From: an archaeon
GTDB lineage: Archaea > Asgardarchaeota > Heimdallarchaeia > Heimdallarchaeales > Kariarchaeaceae
DNA: 64,000 nucleotides
Reading direction: 5' to 3'
Assembly: GCA_024280435.1 (NCBI GenBank)
Contig: JAJRQD010000109.1
Coordinates: 1,879-65,878, forward strand
This document shows, in pieces, positions 9,885 through 19,766 of the stretch (the first letter of the stretch is position 1; the number at the start of each line of letters is the position of its first letter). The notes under the pieces were generated by a model. The model did no database searches and was not told the DNA's origin. It saw only the letters and a list, made by a program, of their open reading frames with translations. Position numbers and translations under genes: made by a program.

Positions 9885-11210
9885 TTATTGATCTGATATT
9901 TTAGTTATATCCACCTGTACTGTCTCATTCAACTTGATATATACAATATATGCACTGATTATAGATGTTGGGATACCAAATATCATCAGTACAAGAAATA
10001 CATTATCCAATCTCTCAATTAGAATAGATTGTAAGGAGATCAGTGGGATATATATTGAGAATAGTATCAAACTTTGTATTGCCTGTATATTACCTCGCAT
10101 TCTTGTTGGAGTATTCTCAATCAACATCAATCTATTCACATCTGTTATATTCCAGAATGCACCAATTCGCAATCCCTGGATAATACCTGATAATATCCAT
10201 CTCTCATTCAGTATTACATAGTACTCGATTGGTAACAATATAGCAACCATGATGCTGTTTATTATATATGAGGGTCTTCGTCCTATCCTGTCAGTGATAA
10301 TACCCTGGATAAAGTATGCAACTCCAACGAATATGATAGAATAGGTGATTATTATATTCTTATCTCTCTCAGATATACCTTGTTGTTCCATAAATACCTC
10401 GTTATAATTCTGATTCAATCCAACAAAGAATATCATCATACCTGTTGTTATGAATATCCATTTAATCTGATGCCATGTTGGTATTCTTCTAGCATCCCTC
10501 CATGCCTGCAATAGATTGATTTTCTCAATACTATCATTATGTTTATTCTCTGATTTCATTATCACATAGGCCCTTGTTTCTTTAAGAAATAGTATAGATA
10601 GAATGATAACAATTGATCCAACAATAATTGGGAGAAAAAGAATTGGTTTCCAATTCTTGTGTTGGTCAGTGATAAATATATTTCTGAGCCATGGAACTGC
10701 GAGTAATGAGATCAGACCTGCAATTTTTACATATGAGAATACCTGTGCTCTTTTATTTGCTCTTACCTCCTCATTGATAAAGACATAGTGCATGTCATTG
10801 ATAAGAAAGAATGACATTACAGAGAAACCGATAAAATATTCATTGAAATCATTGGAAAGAACAGTGATAAGAGTACCTATGGTCATTCCAGCAGCAGATA
10901 TGATGAATATTATCTTTCTACCATATCTATCCTGATATGATTTGAATACAGTTGCAAATACTGCAAGAAATAATGTGATGATACCCAGTGAATTGAAGAA
11001 TGCAGTTGCAGATTCAAGATCTGGATAGATACCCGTATTCACAAGATATTCATTTAGTATACTCGAGCGGATATATGCAGGTGCAAGTGTTGCATATTCA
11101 TCAAGTATATGTGCCAAAGATAGTAACACGATGAGAAAAATCATATATCTTCTAGAATATTTAATCGTATCAATTCCATATCTTTCAGTTGAATCGATAC
11201 TATCATTCAT
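9885..11210 (-). CDS. MFS-type transporter
   Basis: The 441-aa ORF has about 12 TM helices. MFS-like loop motifs are present (DRYGRK after TM2, TDRIGRR after TM8). Confidence 0.8.
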   Translation of the reverse strand: MNDSIDSTERYGIDTIKYSRRYMIFLIVLLSLAHILDEYATLAPAYIRSSILNEYLVNTGIYPDLESATAFFNSLGIITLFLAVFATVFKSYQDRYGRKIIFIISAAGMTIGTLITVLSNDFNEYFIGFSVMSFFLINDMHYVFINEEVRANKRAQVFSYVKIAGLISLLAVPWLRNIFITDQHKNWKPILFLPIIVGSIVIILSILFLKETRAYVIMKSENKHNDSIEKINLLQAWRDARRIPTWHQIKWIFITTGMMIFFVGLNQNYNEVFMEQQGISERDKNIIITYSIIFVGVAYFIQGIITDRIGRRPSYIINSIMVAILLPIEYYVILNERWILSGIIQGLRIGAFWNITDVNRLMLIENTPTRMRGNIQAIQSLILFSIYIPLISLQSILIERLDNVFLVLMIFGIPTSIISAYIVYIKLNETVQVDITKISDQ

Positions 11211-11311
11211 TTATATTATAAGTCTTAATGAAATTTAAAAGAATATCGTGTCTATTTCAAATATTATATTTGTGAAATCATACATTTAAGTCTAAATAAT
11301 AGTTTTATTTC

Positions 11312-11896
11312 TTAATTATCAGATATCAATTCAGTACCATTTTTAAGCAATTCTTTTGCTTCTTCAGGAATATCTTCAAATTTATTCTCACTGATATCTA
11401 ATTCCTTGAGATGATACATTGATTTTATTGATACTGGCAACTCACTGAGATTATTATTTGATATGACCAGTCTTTTCAATTTATTAAGATCAGATATATT
11501 ATCCGGAATTCTTTTCAATAAATTTTTGCTTAGGTTAATATCCTCTATCTCTTCTAACATTGTTATCTCATCTGGAATATGAGAAATCTGATTATTTGAT
11601 AAATTAAGTTTTTTCAGATTTTTCAGATTTTTAATAGTATCTGGAATTACAGCCAATTTCATTGCACTCAAATACAATTCAACTAGTTTATCATTCTCAA
11701 ATTTGTAATTCAGACCATAATTATACAGTTCATCTTTTCTCCAATCTGCATTGCCACCACGTAGCTCCATATCTTTCTCGATCAGATATTTATCATCCTG
11801 TAACCACAGCATGGTATAATGTAGATCTGGATCTGCATCAAGGTTCATTTTATTAACATCTGTAAGGAAATCAATCAGTATATCTTTATCATTCAT
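11312..11896 (-). CDS. Leucine-rich-repeat protein
   Basis: It has five LxxLxLxxNxL units, for example LKKLNLSNNQISHIPDEI, LKRLVISNNNLSELPVSI and LKELDISENKFEDIP. Confidence 0.85.
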   Translation of the reverse strand: MNDKDILIDFLTDVNKMNLDADPDLHYTMLWLQDDKYLIEKDMELRGGNADWRKDELYNYGLNYKFENDKLVELYLSAMKLAVIPDTIKNLKNLKKLNLSNNQISHIPDEITMLEEIEDINLSKNLLKRIPDNISDLNKLKRLVISNNNLSELPVSIKSMYHLKELDISENKFEDIPEEAKELLKNGTELISDN

Positions 11897-12230
11897 AATT
11901 ATTATTTTGTTTAATCATCCTATAAATGTTATTGCGAAAATTTATTGAAACATATAATTTTGTTATCTTTATTAATTCATTATCATCAAAAGTATGTAAA
12001 ACAATTGTTTTCTGAATTTAATTTTCACATGAGTGTAATAATGATCTATTATTCAATAATTTCAAATAAGAGCTGAAATTCTGCCTTATAGTTATTAGTG
12101 CATTATCAGAGTGTAATTCTGTGTATTTTATTTTTTTAAATTATTCTTTCTGTGATAGATGAAATACAGGCTTTCATTATTGTTTAAAAAAATGTATAGT
12201 AATAAATACTTGATTATTTTTTAATGAATA

Positions 12231-12692
12231 ATGTCAGAGCAAAATACACAACTTAAGGTACCTGGTACAAGAATGGTGTTCAATATACTATCATATACAC
12301 CAATTTTCTTTATTATTTTATTATTAGGACTAGGTGCAATTATTCCCGATCTAGGTAGTAAATCTAGCACCAGTGATATATTTGATACAGACACTGATTT
12401 TGTGAATTTACTGTTTTTTATATTATTATTAATTATACCTATTCAATATATTGTGGCAAATAAAATAATTACCCATGCAAATAAAAATGAACAGAATTTG
12501 AAAAATAGATTTGGTTTTTATATCATAGCCATTAATATGTATGTGACAATTTCTATATATGGTTTATTATTGGGACTGTTATCAATATTTACAATTACAC
12601 CCCCATATCTGAATTGGATACAAGTATTAATCTTCATATCACTAAGTATATTTTTCTCTCGTGGCTTCATCTCCTCAACTATCAACCCCTGA
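12231..12692 (+). CDS. Membrane protein
   Basis: The 153-aa ORF has four hydrophobic helices. Confidence 0.5.
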   Translation: MSEQNTQLKVPGTRMVFNILSYTPIFFIILLLGLGAIIPDLGSKSSTSDIFDTDTDFVNLLFFILLLIIPIQYIVANKIITHANKNEQNLKNRFGFYIIAINMYVTISIYGLLLGLLSIFTITPPYLNWIQVLIFISLSIFFSRGFISSTINP

Positions 12693-12794
12693 TTGAAAGA
12701 GATAGAAGATCAGGAATTGTATGGAGAAAGCTATATACCGGATAATTATTGAAAATTAAATTTATTATATTAGTTGAATATACTAGTAATTCAA

Positions 12795-13676
12795 TCACAT
12801 CATACTAAGAATACCAGGTCTATCAACATGTATTGCACCATGGTTCTCAAGCATAAGTATTGCATATATTATTTTTTTAATGGAAACACCTCTCATCTGA
12901 TTAGTGAAGTCATGCAATCTCATAGTAGAGTTTTCTTTCAACAGTGCAATAATGCCTACCATATACTCGCCATCCTCGTATATATTTTTCAGATGATCCA
13001 CAGAGTCCTCTGATACATTTGAGATATACACATCATGACTTGCAAGAATAGTTCTGATCAGTTTTGCATCAAAATCAGATGGAAACATTCGTTTTTCCTC
13101 AAGAATATATATTAATGATTCAAGTATCAAACCGATATTTGATGGTAGAAGTACCTCAATTGAGTTGACTAGCATTTGCATCCATTTCTCCATCAGATTA
13201 TCCAATTTGGTGTTTGATTCAAAATACTTGATCTGCACCATCTCCATATCTGATGACAGTATTTTCACAGGGTCTGTCTCAGGAATAGTTCCAATAGTAA
13301 TATTGGCACCTGCAACTTCATTTATCATGATGATATTCAAATCATTCTTAGCTCTTATATGAGTAATATTCACCTCTGGATTTTTTGGTTTGGGTGCTCC
13401 AGGTATCATCATTTTTCTCTTTCTCTGGAATTCTGGAAGCTTCACAAAATTATAAGATCGTACATCTAGGTTGTGATCGATATATAGATTGTTAACACCT
13501 GTGACACCACCTTTACAAGTATGCAGATGTGAGAATAGAGCCAATCCATTGAATGGCGGAGGTGGATAAAAATCAGACTTATCTTTATCAGTAAATGTTA
13601 TATTCTGTTGTTTTTTGCATTCATTGCACAGATAATGTACTAATTTCAAATGTTTACCCTCTAGATGATTAATCAA
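12795..13676 (-). CDS. Hypothetical protein with N-terminal Cys/His cluster and C-terminal winged-helix-like segment
   Basis: CNECKK...HLHTCKGG sits at the N-terminus and VSIKKIIYAILMLENHGAIHVDRPG at the C-terminus. I recognise no family. Confidence 0.55.
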   Translation of the reverse strand: MINHLEGKHLKLVHYLCNECKKQQNITFTDKDKSDFYPPPPFNGLALFSHLHTCKGGVTGVNNLYIDHNLDVRSYNFVKLPEFQRKRKMMIPGAPKPKNPEVNITHIRAKNDLNIIMINEVAGANITIGTIPETDPVKILSSDMEMVQIKYFESNTKLDNLMEKWMQMLVNSIEVLLPSNIGLILESLIYILEEKRMFPSDFDAKLIRTILASHDVYISNVSEDSVDHLKNIYEDGEYMVGIIALLKENSTMRLHDFTNQMRGVSIKKIIYAILMLENHGAIHVDRPGILSMM

Positions 13677-13765
13677 TAATCATATCTTGTTATAACTTCA
13701 TTAATTATAAAGAAAATGGATGAATTTTGGTAGCTTGATATTTTATCTGCTGTTTATTGCTATTT

Positions 13766-14119
13766 TTACGATTTCATAAGTATTCGTTCATGGATGAGCC
13801 CACATCCAAAACATACTAGTTCTTCTGTCATTTTCGCAATCATCACCTTATCATTGCACTCCTCACAATTAATCTCAAGTGATTGTTTGAATTCATCCAT
13901 ATCGGAGCTATTATCCACATAGTTTTTGGTGTAGAAATAGTGATAGTCACAGTATTCACATACATATCTGATTGTACTGATATTATCCACAGACTTGATA
14001 CTCTGCCTGTTACAGAACCTGCAAATATCATTTGAATTGTACTGGTAGTTATATATCATTTTACAGGACCCACAGTATGCATCTCTTAATAGTTGATCGC
14101 AATCCACACAGTAATCCAT
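13766..14119 (-). CDS. Triple zinc-ribbon protein; the last ribbon is TFIIB-type
   Basis: The three ribbons are CVDC..CGSC, CRFC-x17-CEYC and CEECNDKVMIAKMTEELVCFGCGLIHE. The last resembles the TFB/TFIIB N-terminal ribbon pattern C-x2-C...GE.vC..CGlV. Confidence 0.6.
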   Translation of the reverse strand: MDYCVDCDQLLRDAYCGSCKMIYNYQYNSNDICRFCNRQSIKSVDNISTIRYVCEYCDYHYFYTKNYVDNSSDMDEFKQSLEINCEECNDKVMIAKMTEELVCFGCGLIHERILMKS

Positions 14120-14185
14120 AATGTCTCAATTAAAAAAAAAAGAATTGTTTTTATAAATTTATCACTAGTCAAAATGATAAGTTAC

Positions 14186-14195
14186 AAAAAAAAAA
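14186..14195 (-). terminator. Oligo-T tract (T10 on the minus strand) after the 14228..14830 gene
   Basis: A10 on the plus strand lies 33 nt past the stop, and a second A10 lies at 14132-14141. Oligo-T is the usual archaeal termination signal. Confidence 0.35.
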
Positions 14196-14227
14196 TTGTA
14201 TGAAAAAATACTTGATAGATATTTAAA

Positions 14228-14830
14228 TTATCTATTTGGATGTTTTAGCAGTTTTACTTTATCTCTGATCTCCACATGTAGATTTGAATTTGCAGTGAAT
14301 AATTTTTGATATTTGCGTATTTTGTTGGTGATAAGCACTGTGTTTCCTCTCACTGCAATTCTCTGTAGACCAAAAAGTATATGCAGTAGATTTGTCATGA
14401 ATTCATCTTTATTCTCATTATCTCTTATTTGAGAATCTAGTGCAGTTACTATCACCAGATACCCTTCCTTTTCTCCATACAGTAGATCATTGATGAGTGT
14501 ATTTATTATGCTAATACACTGATACATTTGAAATGGCCTGGCAATTGATATATTTTGTAGTACATCATTTGCGTTTCTAGTTATTGACGGAAACATGTGA
14601 GGATTGAGCATATTTGCGATATCAACCAGTATTACGGGTACATTCTGTTTATATGCATCTACCATTGTCCAGTGAAGTGCTTTGTGTATTTCTTTAATAT
14701 TTTTAGTAGTGATAACATTCACACCTCTTTGAAATTCAGAGATCTCACCATCAAGTATCTGTAATATTGGTCCATTGATTTTTAATTTATGTACTTGCAT
14801 CTCGCTTGCAACAAGAAACATATTGTTCAT
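14228..14830 (-). CDS. RecA/RadB/KaiC-fold-like protein lacking a Walker A motif
   Basis: The layout resembles RadB: LDGEI..GVNVITT (no GxxGxGKT), VILVDIANMLNP, YLVIVTALDSQIR and LQRIAVRGNTVLITNKIR. The assignment rests on motif order only. Confidence 0.45.
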   Translation of the reverse strand: MNNMFLVASEMQVHKLKINGPILQILDGEISEFQRGVNVITTKNIKEIHKALHWTMVDAYKQNVPVILVDIANMLNPHMFPSITRNANDVLQNISIARPFQMYQCISIINTLINDLLYGEKEGYLVIVTALDSQIRDNENKDEFMTNLLHILFGLQRIAVRGNTVLITNKIRKYQKLFTANSNLHVEIRDKVKLLKHPNR

Positions 14831-15244
14831 TATAATTTGGATATAATGTGTATATCTATAAAGTTAGGGCTAGCAAGAGAGGTCACCGAAAGTATTCTAG
14901 ATGTGATTTTCTGTAAATAATTGAATAAACTAGCTGAGATATAGGATTACATATTATTAAAATTCAGGTTGTGATATAAAGATCAATGAAAATGCAATTA
15001 TGGTATTTTTAAATTAGAAATAACTTTCGGAATAGTATTTGTGAATAAGGTGACACAAATATAATAATTCGTATAAATCATAATATTGGGAATTATGATG
15101 GGATCTATCCGGAGTATAGGAATCTAGTCAATGTGACTATACCACATCACCTCAAATACACTATATAATATTTTCAATATACAAATGTTAGATTATCCTA
15201 ATTAGTTAAAATAGACTTAAATACTATACAAGCATAATTAAACT

Positions 15245-15658
15245 ATGATATGGGATGACAGTCGAGAACTAGGCCTTAAACTGATTGAAATAATCAAAGA
15301 AGGATATTTTGTCAATGCACATAGATTAATTTCGCTTTATAAAGGCGAGAAAGATATTGTTTTCAAACTAGCTGAAGGTATGATCAATTTCTATGATCAG
15401 AACACAAATGAAGAGAAAATAATCAAAGCTCTGGGAATATTCGAATCCCTTGATGCAGAAGAGCTGAGGAAAATAGACCCAGATCTGATGATGGACCTGT
15501 ACTCATATTTATCTGTCACATATTCAAGAATTGGTAATAAAATACAGGCTAAGAAATATGAAACAATAGTGCTTGAAGATAGAAAAGCCAAAAAAATGGA
15601 AGCAAGAAGATTGAAAAAAGAGAGAAGGAAAAATGTAATTCCATGGTATAAAAGATAA
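15245..15658 (+). CDS. Hypothetical helical protein with basic C-terminal tail
   Basis: The 137-aa ORF ends in the tail KAKKMEARRLKKERRKN. Confidence 0.5.
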   Translation: MIWDDSRELGLKLIEIIKEGYFVNAHRLISLYKGEKDIVFKLAEGMINFYDQNTNEEKIIKALGIFESLDAEELRKIDPDLMMDLYSYLSVTYSRIGNKIQAKKYETIVLEDRKAKKMEARRLKKERRKNVIPWYKR

Positions 15659-15708
15659 AAAAATATCTTATTAATAATTTTCAGGCTGTTAAATTGTGGT
15701 AAATCACT

Positions 15709-15846
15709 TTATCCAGTAATAATTTTATCATCTTTTTTGTTTTCCATATCAATCATTGTGTTGTTTTTACATGATCTAATATGAGCAGTTAATGATATCC
15801 TTGATTCAAAGGATTTTTTGCAGTGTTTACAAACAGCATGGCTCAT
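15709..15846 (-). CDS. 45-aa C2H2-like (C2HC) zinc-finger protein (not in the ORF track)
   Basis: The sequence is MSHAVCKHCKKSFESRISLTAHIRSCKNNT.... It fits C-x2-C-x3-F-x5-L-x2-H-x3-C exactly. Confidence 0.45.
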   Translation of the reverse strand: MSHAVCKHCKKSFESRISLTAHIRSCKNNTMIDMENKKDDKIITG

Positions 15847-15960
15847 AATTTAAACATAGTTCTGTTTTATTTAAACATTGTCAGAAGAAATAAATTTTAG
15901 AAGGTAATAATGATATTTATTGCCAAATTATTTTTATAAAACTTGAAAATTGTTATCTAT

Positions 15961-16530
15961 TTATCCTGGTAGGTAGGAGAGTATTCCATCCACATCTGGC
16001 CAATCAAGAAGCAATGTGATACCCTGAACAATCAGAGTGATACTTAAAATAAGAATAATTGGAGACCATCCAAGAACTACAAGTAAACCATCCATTGCAC
16101 TTTCTTGGAAGAAACCGATAATGAATATTATCACTACTATTACAATAATACCTATAACTAACCATTTCAAGGATATATTGCTGAGAATACTGATCTCACC
16201 AACATTAGACATCACAAGATAGAATATACCAAGGCCAATAATGATAGCAGCAAGAAATGCAAAAGGTATCTTTTTCAGAGGTCTTGCAATTGTTGCAATA
16301 AAGAAAAGGAATCCAAATAATGCTGAATAATTAGTAATAGTTTGTTTGTTGTATACAATCAGTATCACAGAGGCGAATACAAGCACTGCACCTGCAAATG
16401 CTAACCATTGAAGTTTATGAGATTCTTCCTCTTCTGATTTTATCAATCTGTCAAATCCCATAACTACCCCGGCAATTCCACCGAGAATAAAAATGAACTC
16501 ATAAATTGATCCAATAAATTCTAGAACCAT
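15961..16530 (-). CDS. Polytopic membrane protein
   Basis: The 189-aa ORF has 6 hydrophobic helices. Confidence 0.6.
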   Translation of the reverse strand: MVLEFIGSIYEFIFILGGIAGVVMGFDRLIKSEEEESHKLQWLAFAGAVLVFASVILIVYNKQTITNYSALFGFLFFIATIARPLKKIPFAFLAAIIIGLGIFYLVMSNVGEISILSNISLKWLVIGIIVIVVIIFIIGFFQESAMDGLLVVLGWSPIILILSITLIVQGITLLLDWPDVDGILSYLPG

Positions 16531-16603
16531 AGTATTTGAACAATAATGTATTTATTCATAAGGCTTACTTGCAATATGTGGATTTTACATATTTTTTGTC
16601 ATT

Positions 16604-16677
16604 GTATTAAATAAATTGTTTTTAGTTTATTGATTTTAGTTTAAGATAGCAAAATATTGTTGATTAACAGACTGTGA
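16604..16677. repeat. Copy A of a ~55-75 bp direct repeat
   Basis: The sequence is gtattaaataaattgttt[ttagttt]attgattttagtttaagatagcaaaatatt ...agactgtga. A 34-nt block at 16625-16658 is identical to 19715-19748. Confidence 0.9.
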
Positions 16678-16856
16678 TTCGAGTATTTGTATTTTTATGC
16701 ATTATAAAGAGCATATCAAAGTATTGCTTCGTATTTATCCAGAACCAAATAATTTCTTAATCAATTTATGATATATGTAACTTAATGTTGCCTCGATTAC
16801 TGTGAAATATTATAGAATATGAATTGTTGAAACTTAAGTCTCAAAATCCAATAAAT

Positions 16857-17240
16857 TTAGTATTCGACATTGTTGAAATAAAGATAGAAAAATATGATCA
16901 CTATAAAGAAGATGAGTGTATTACCCATTATTTTCACTTTTTTCTTCATTTTAGGATTTTTATCCAACTTATCTTCGAACAGATACAAACTTATTAAACT
17001 AATGGATAATAGAGTTTCTAAAAATGTTATCATTGAATAATAAAGAAATTCATTTTTGTTCTGCGATGAAAAAATAAGCAATAAAATTAGAGATATAGGG
17101 AATAATATGTGAAATATTAGACTTTTTCTACTTTTGATTTTAATAGTATCAATATAACTTTTTTTCACATCAACACTAATTTCATCACTACTTTCATATT
17201 TCATATTCAAATCACCAGTAGTACTTGTCACTATTAACAA
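16857..17240 (-). CDS. Small membrane protein
   Basis: The 127-aa ORF has three hydrophobic helices. Coding status is uncertain in this gene-poor stretch. Confidence 0.4.
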   Translation of the reverse strand: MLIVTSTTGDLNMKYESSDEISVDVKKSYIDTIKIKSRKSLIFHILFPISLILLLIFSSQNKNEFLYYSMITFLETLLSISLISLYLFEDKLDKNPKMKKKVKIMGNTLIFFIVIIFFYLYFNNVEY

Positions 17241-18214
17241 AATCCCACAAGAAAAGAGTTCATGGGGAAATTATAAGACCTAATGAGACAGCTAGAAGTA
17301 ATATTTTAACGACTGTTGCTAATGCATTTGATACTGCATCTGTTGCAAAGGCAGCAGTTCCCTGCTTATCTATGAAATCTATCGATTTATCTACCTTAAT
17401 AAATATTTACAAGTAGTAGTATAAATACACTTTTTTTTTGAAAAATTGTCCTAAAATTATCTCAAATACGATTCATTTAGGTATCGGATATAATGTAAAA
17501 TTATCTAATAGTACATTTGTTTCGTGCATAATCCTAACAATCAGTTATAGAATTATATTATTATCTACTCAATAATTTTTTTCATGCATATTTTATGATT
17601 TACACAATCAGATAGTTTATCCAGATATCCGAACCAAAGAATTAGAAGATATGTCCGTATATCTTCATAAGGCTTCTTCGCGTATAACTATCTCCAATTA
17701 CAAAAGAAGATTAAGTATGAGATCAAAGATCTCTACTTTGAATGATTTCAAATTATTTGGATAAAGTAATGCCAATGATATTGATGAGTATTTCAGTGAT
17801 GAATTGAGATACTAGATGAGGAATTACCATTCTTTGATGTGGAAAGTGAACTTTTTGAGTATAAAGTATCATACGAATATGGATAATTTGATGTAAATAA
17901 GCTTTAATTCCAGAAAATAAATATGTGTATATCTTGCACATATTTAAACATATTCTTTAAAATTTTGAGACTATACTCTATCTACCCACTGTATTTTAGT
18001 ATTTTATTCATTAGATTTTCACAGTTTTTACCTAATCAATTCGACTTAAATTTTGGCAAAGTAGCACTTATACACCTTTTTTCCCATTTCCGTCCCACAA
18101 ACGGTATATATAAATTGTAATTTAGATCTAATATAAATCTCTTAATCAATCAGAGTTAAATTACATGCTTTTTTATATCCATTATAAATAAAATTAATGA
18201 CAAGATGATTTTAC

Positions 18215-19554
18215 ATGAAAGATGAAAAAAAAGAAAAACAGAAACTCTCCCTGTTAGGATCTGTATCACTTGGTACAGGAGTAATGATTGGAGCAGGTAT
18301 TTTTGTCCTTATGGGTCAAATAGCAGAACTAGTAGGTGGTTTATTTCCAATTGCTTTTCTAGCAGGTGCAATAGTTGTAGGATTTAGTTCTTATTCCTAT
18401 GTCAAATTCTCTAATACTTATCCATCATCAGGGGGTGTTGCTAAATTTTTAACGAAATCATATGGTCCAGGTACTGCAACAGGTACTTTCTCAATATTAA
18501 TGTATGTATCCATGGTTGTGGCTGAGAGTTTAGTTGCAGGTACATTTGGTACTTATACATTGAGACTTTTTCCTGAATATGCATCCTATGCTTCAGTTTT
18601 AGGTGTATTACTTATTGCAGTTGCATTTATCATCAACATATCAGGTAACAAATTTATAGAGGCAACTGCTGCCATCACGGCAATAATCAAAGTATCAGGA
18701 ATTGCCTTACTTGCCATTGTAGGCCTCATAATTTCAGGTTTTCCAAGTTTATCAGTAAATACTGTGTCTCAAAATGAACAGGTACTACCTGGATATCTCA
18801 GTTTTGTTGCTGCATTACTTTATCTATTCTTGCATATAAAGGGTTCACAACAATCACAAATCAGGGAGGTGATATCATTAATCCAAATAAAAATGTTGGT
18901 AGATCAATTATCATCTCTATCGTTATTTGTACTGTAATTTATATCCTATTAGCCTTATCAGTAGCAGGAGCACTGAGTGTTTCTGAAATTGTTATTGCTA
19001 AAGATTATGCATTGGCTGAAGCGGCAAGACCTGTCTTTGGGGAAAAAGGAACTTTATTAGTTATTTTACTTGCGATCATAGCTACTGTTTCGGGGGTGAT
19101 TGCCAGTGTATTCTCAGCTTCTAGATTGCTTGGAATGTTAAGTAAAATGAAACAAGTACCAAATCTAAAGATAGGGGGATTTAGTAACCCCGCACTTATT
19201 TTTACAGTCGGTCTAGCAATGCTTCTGACTATATTGTTTGATCTTACTCAAATTGCATCAATAGGGGCTATTTACTACTTAATTATGGATATTGCCATCC
19301 ATTGGGGTCTTTTCCGTCATCTGAAGAAGGAAGTTAAATTTAATCCTGCAATCCCATTGATTGCCATAGTAATGGATATTACTATTTTAGCAGCATTTAT
19401 CTATATGAAATATATAATTGATCCTTTTGTTCTGATAGTATCATTGATAGGTTTAATACTAATTATCATCAGCCAACGCCTTTTTATGATCTCTCATACA
19501 GATAGTGAAGGAAAAATGCATATGGGAATGGATGAAGATGATATGAAGATGTAA
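18215..19554 (+). pseudogene. APC-family amino-acid permease interrupted by a frameshift
   Basis: ORFs 18215..18937 and 19012..19554 are two halves of one permease. The second frame already reads LAYKGFTTITNQGGDIINPNKNVGRSIIISIV from 18829. The frames join at about 18827-18832 (..LYLF|LAYKGF..), which is equivalent to a 1-nt deletion. Confidence 0.8.
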
Positions 19555-19700
19555 TAATGAAATCATTGCTTAATATCGAAATTTCAGACATTTTTATGGT
19601 AAATAATAATTGATATAAATTAAACAACTATTTTATTTATAAATCTTATCAACGTACAATCTGTGAATTCAGTATATTATTGATGTACTAGTTATTATTA

Positions 19701-19766
19701 GTATTAAATAAATTGTTTATTGATTTTAGTTTAAGATAGCAAAATATTAACCTTTGTAGACTGTGA
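19701..19766. repeat. Copy B of the direct repeat
   Basis: The sequence is gtattaaataaattgtttattgattttagtttaagatagcaaaatatt ...agactgtga. It overlaps the stop codon of the 19747..21933 gene. Confidence 0.9.

Noticed and set aside
17240-18215. About 1 kb without convincing ORFs, considered for an ncRNA or a decayed gene
   Set aside because: There is no GC-rich or structured segment, no recognisable protein fragments in any frame, and only short low-complexity ORFs. It is treated as part of the decaying segment between the direct repeats.
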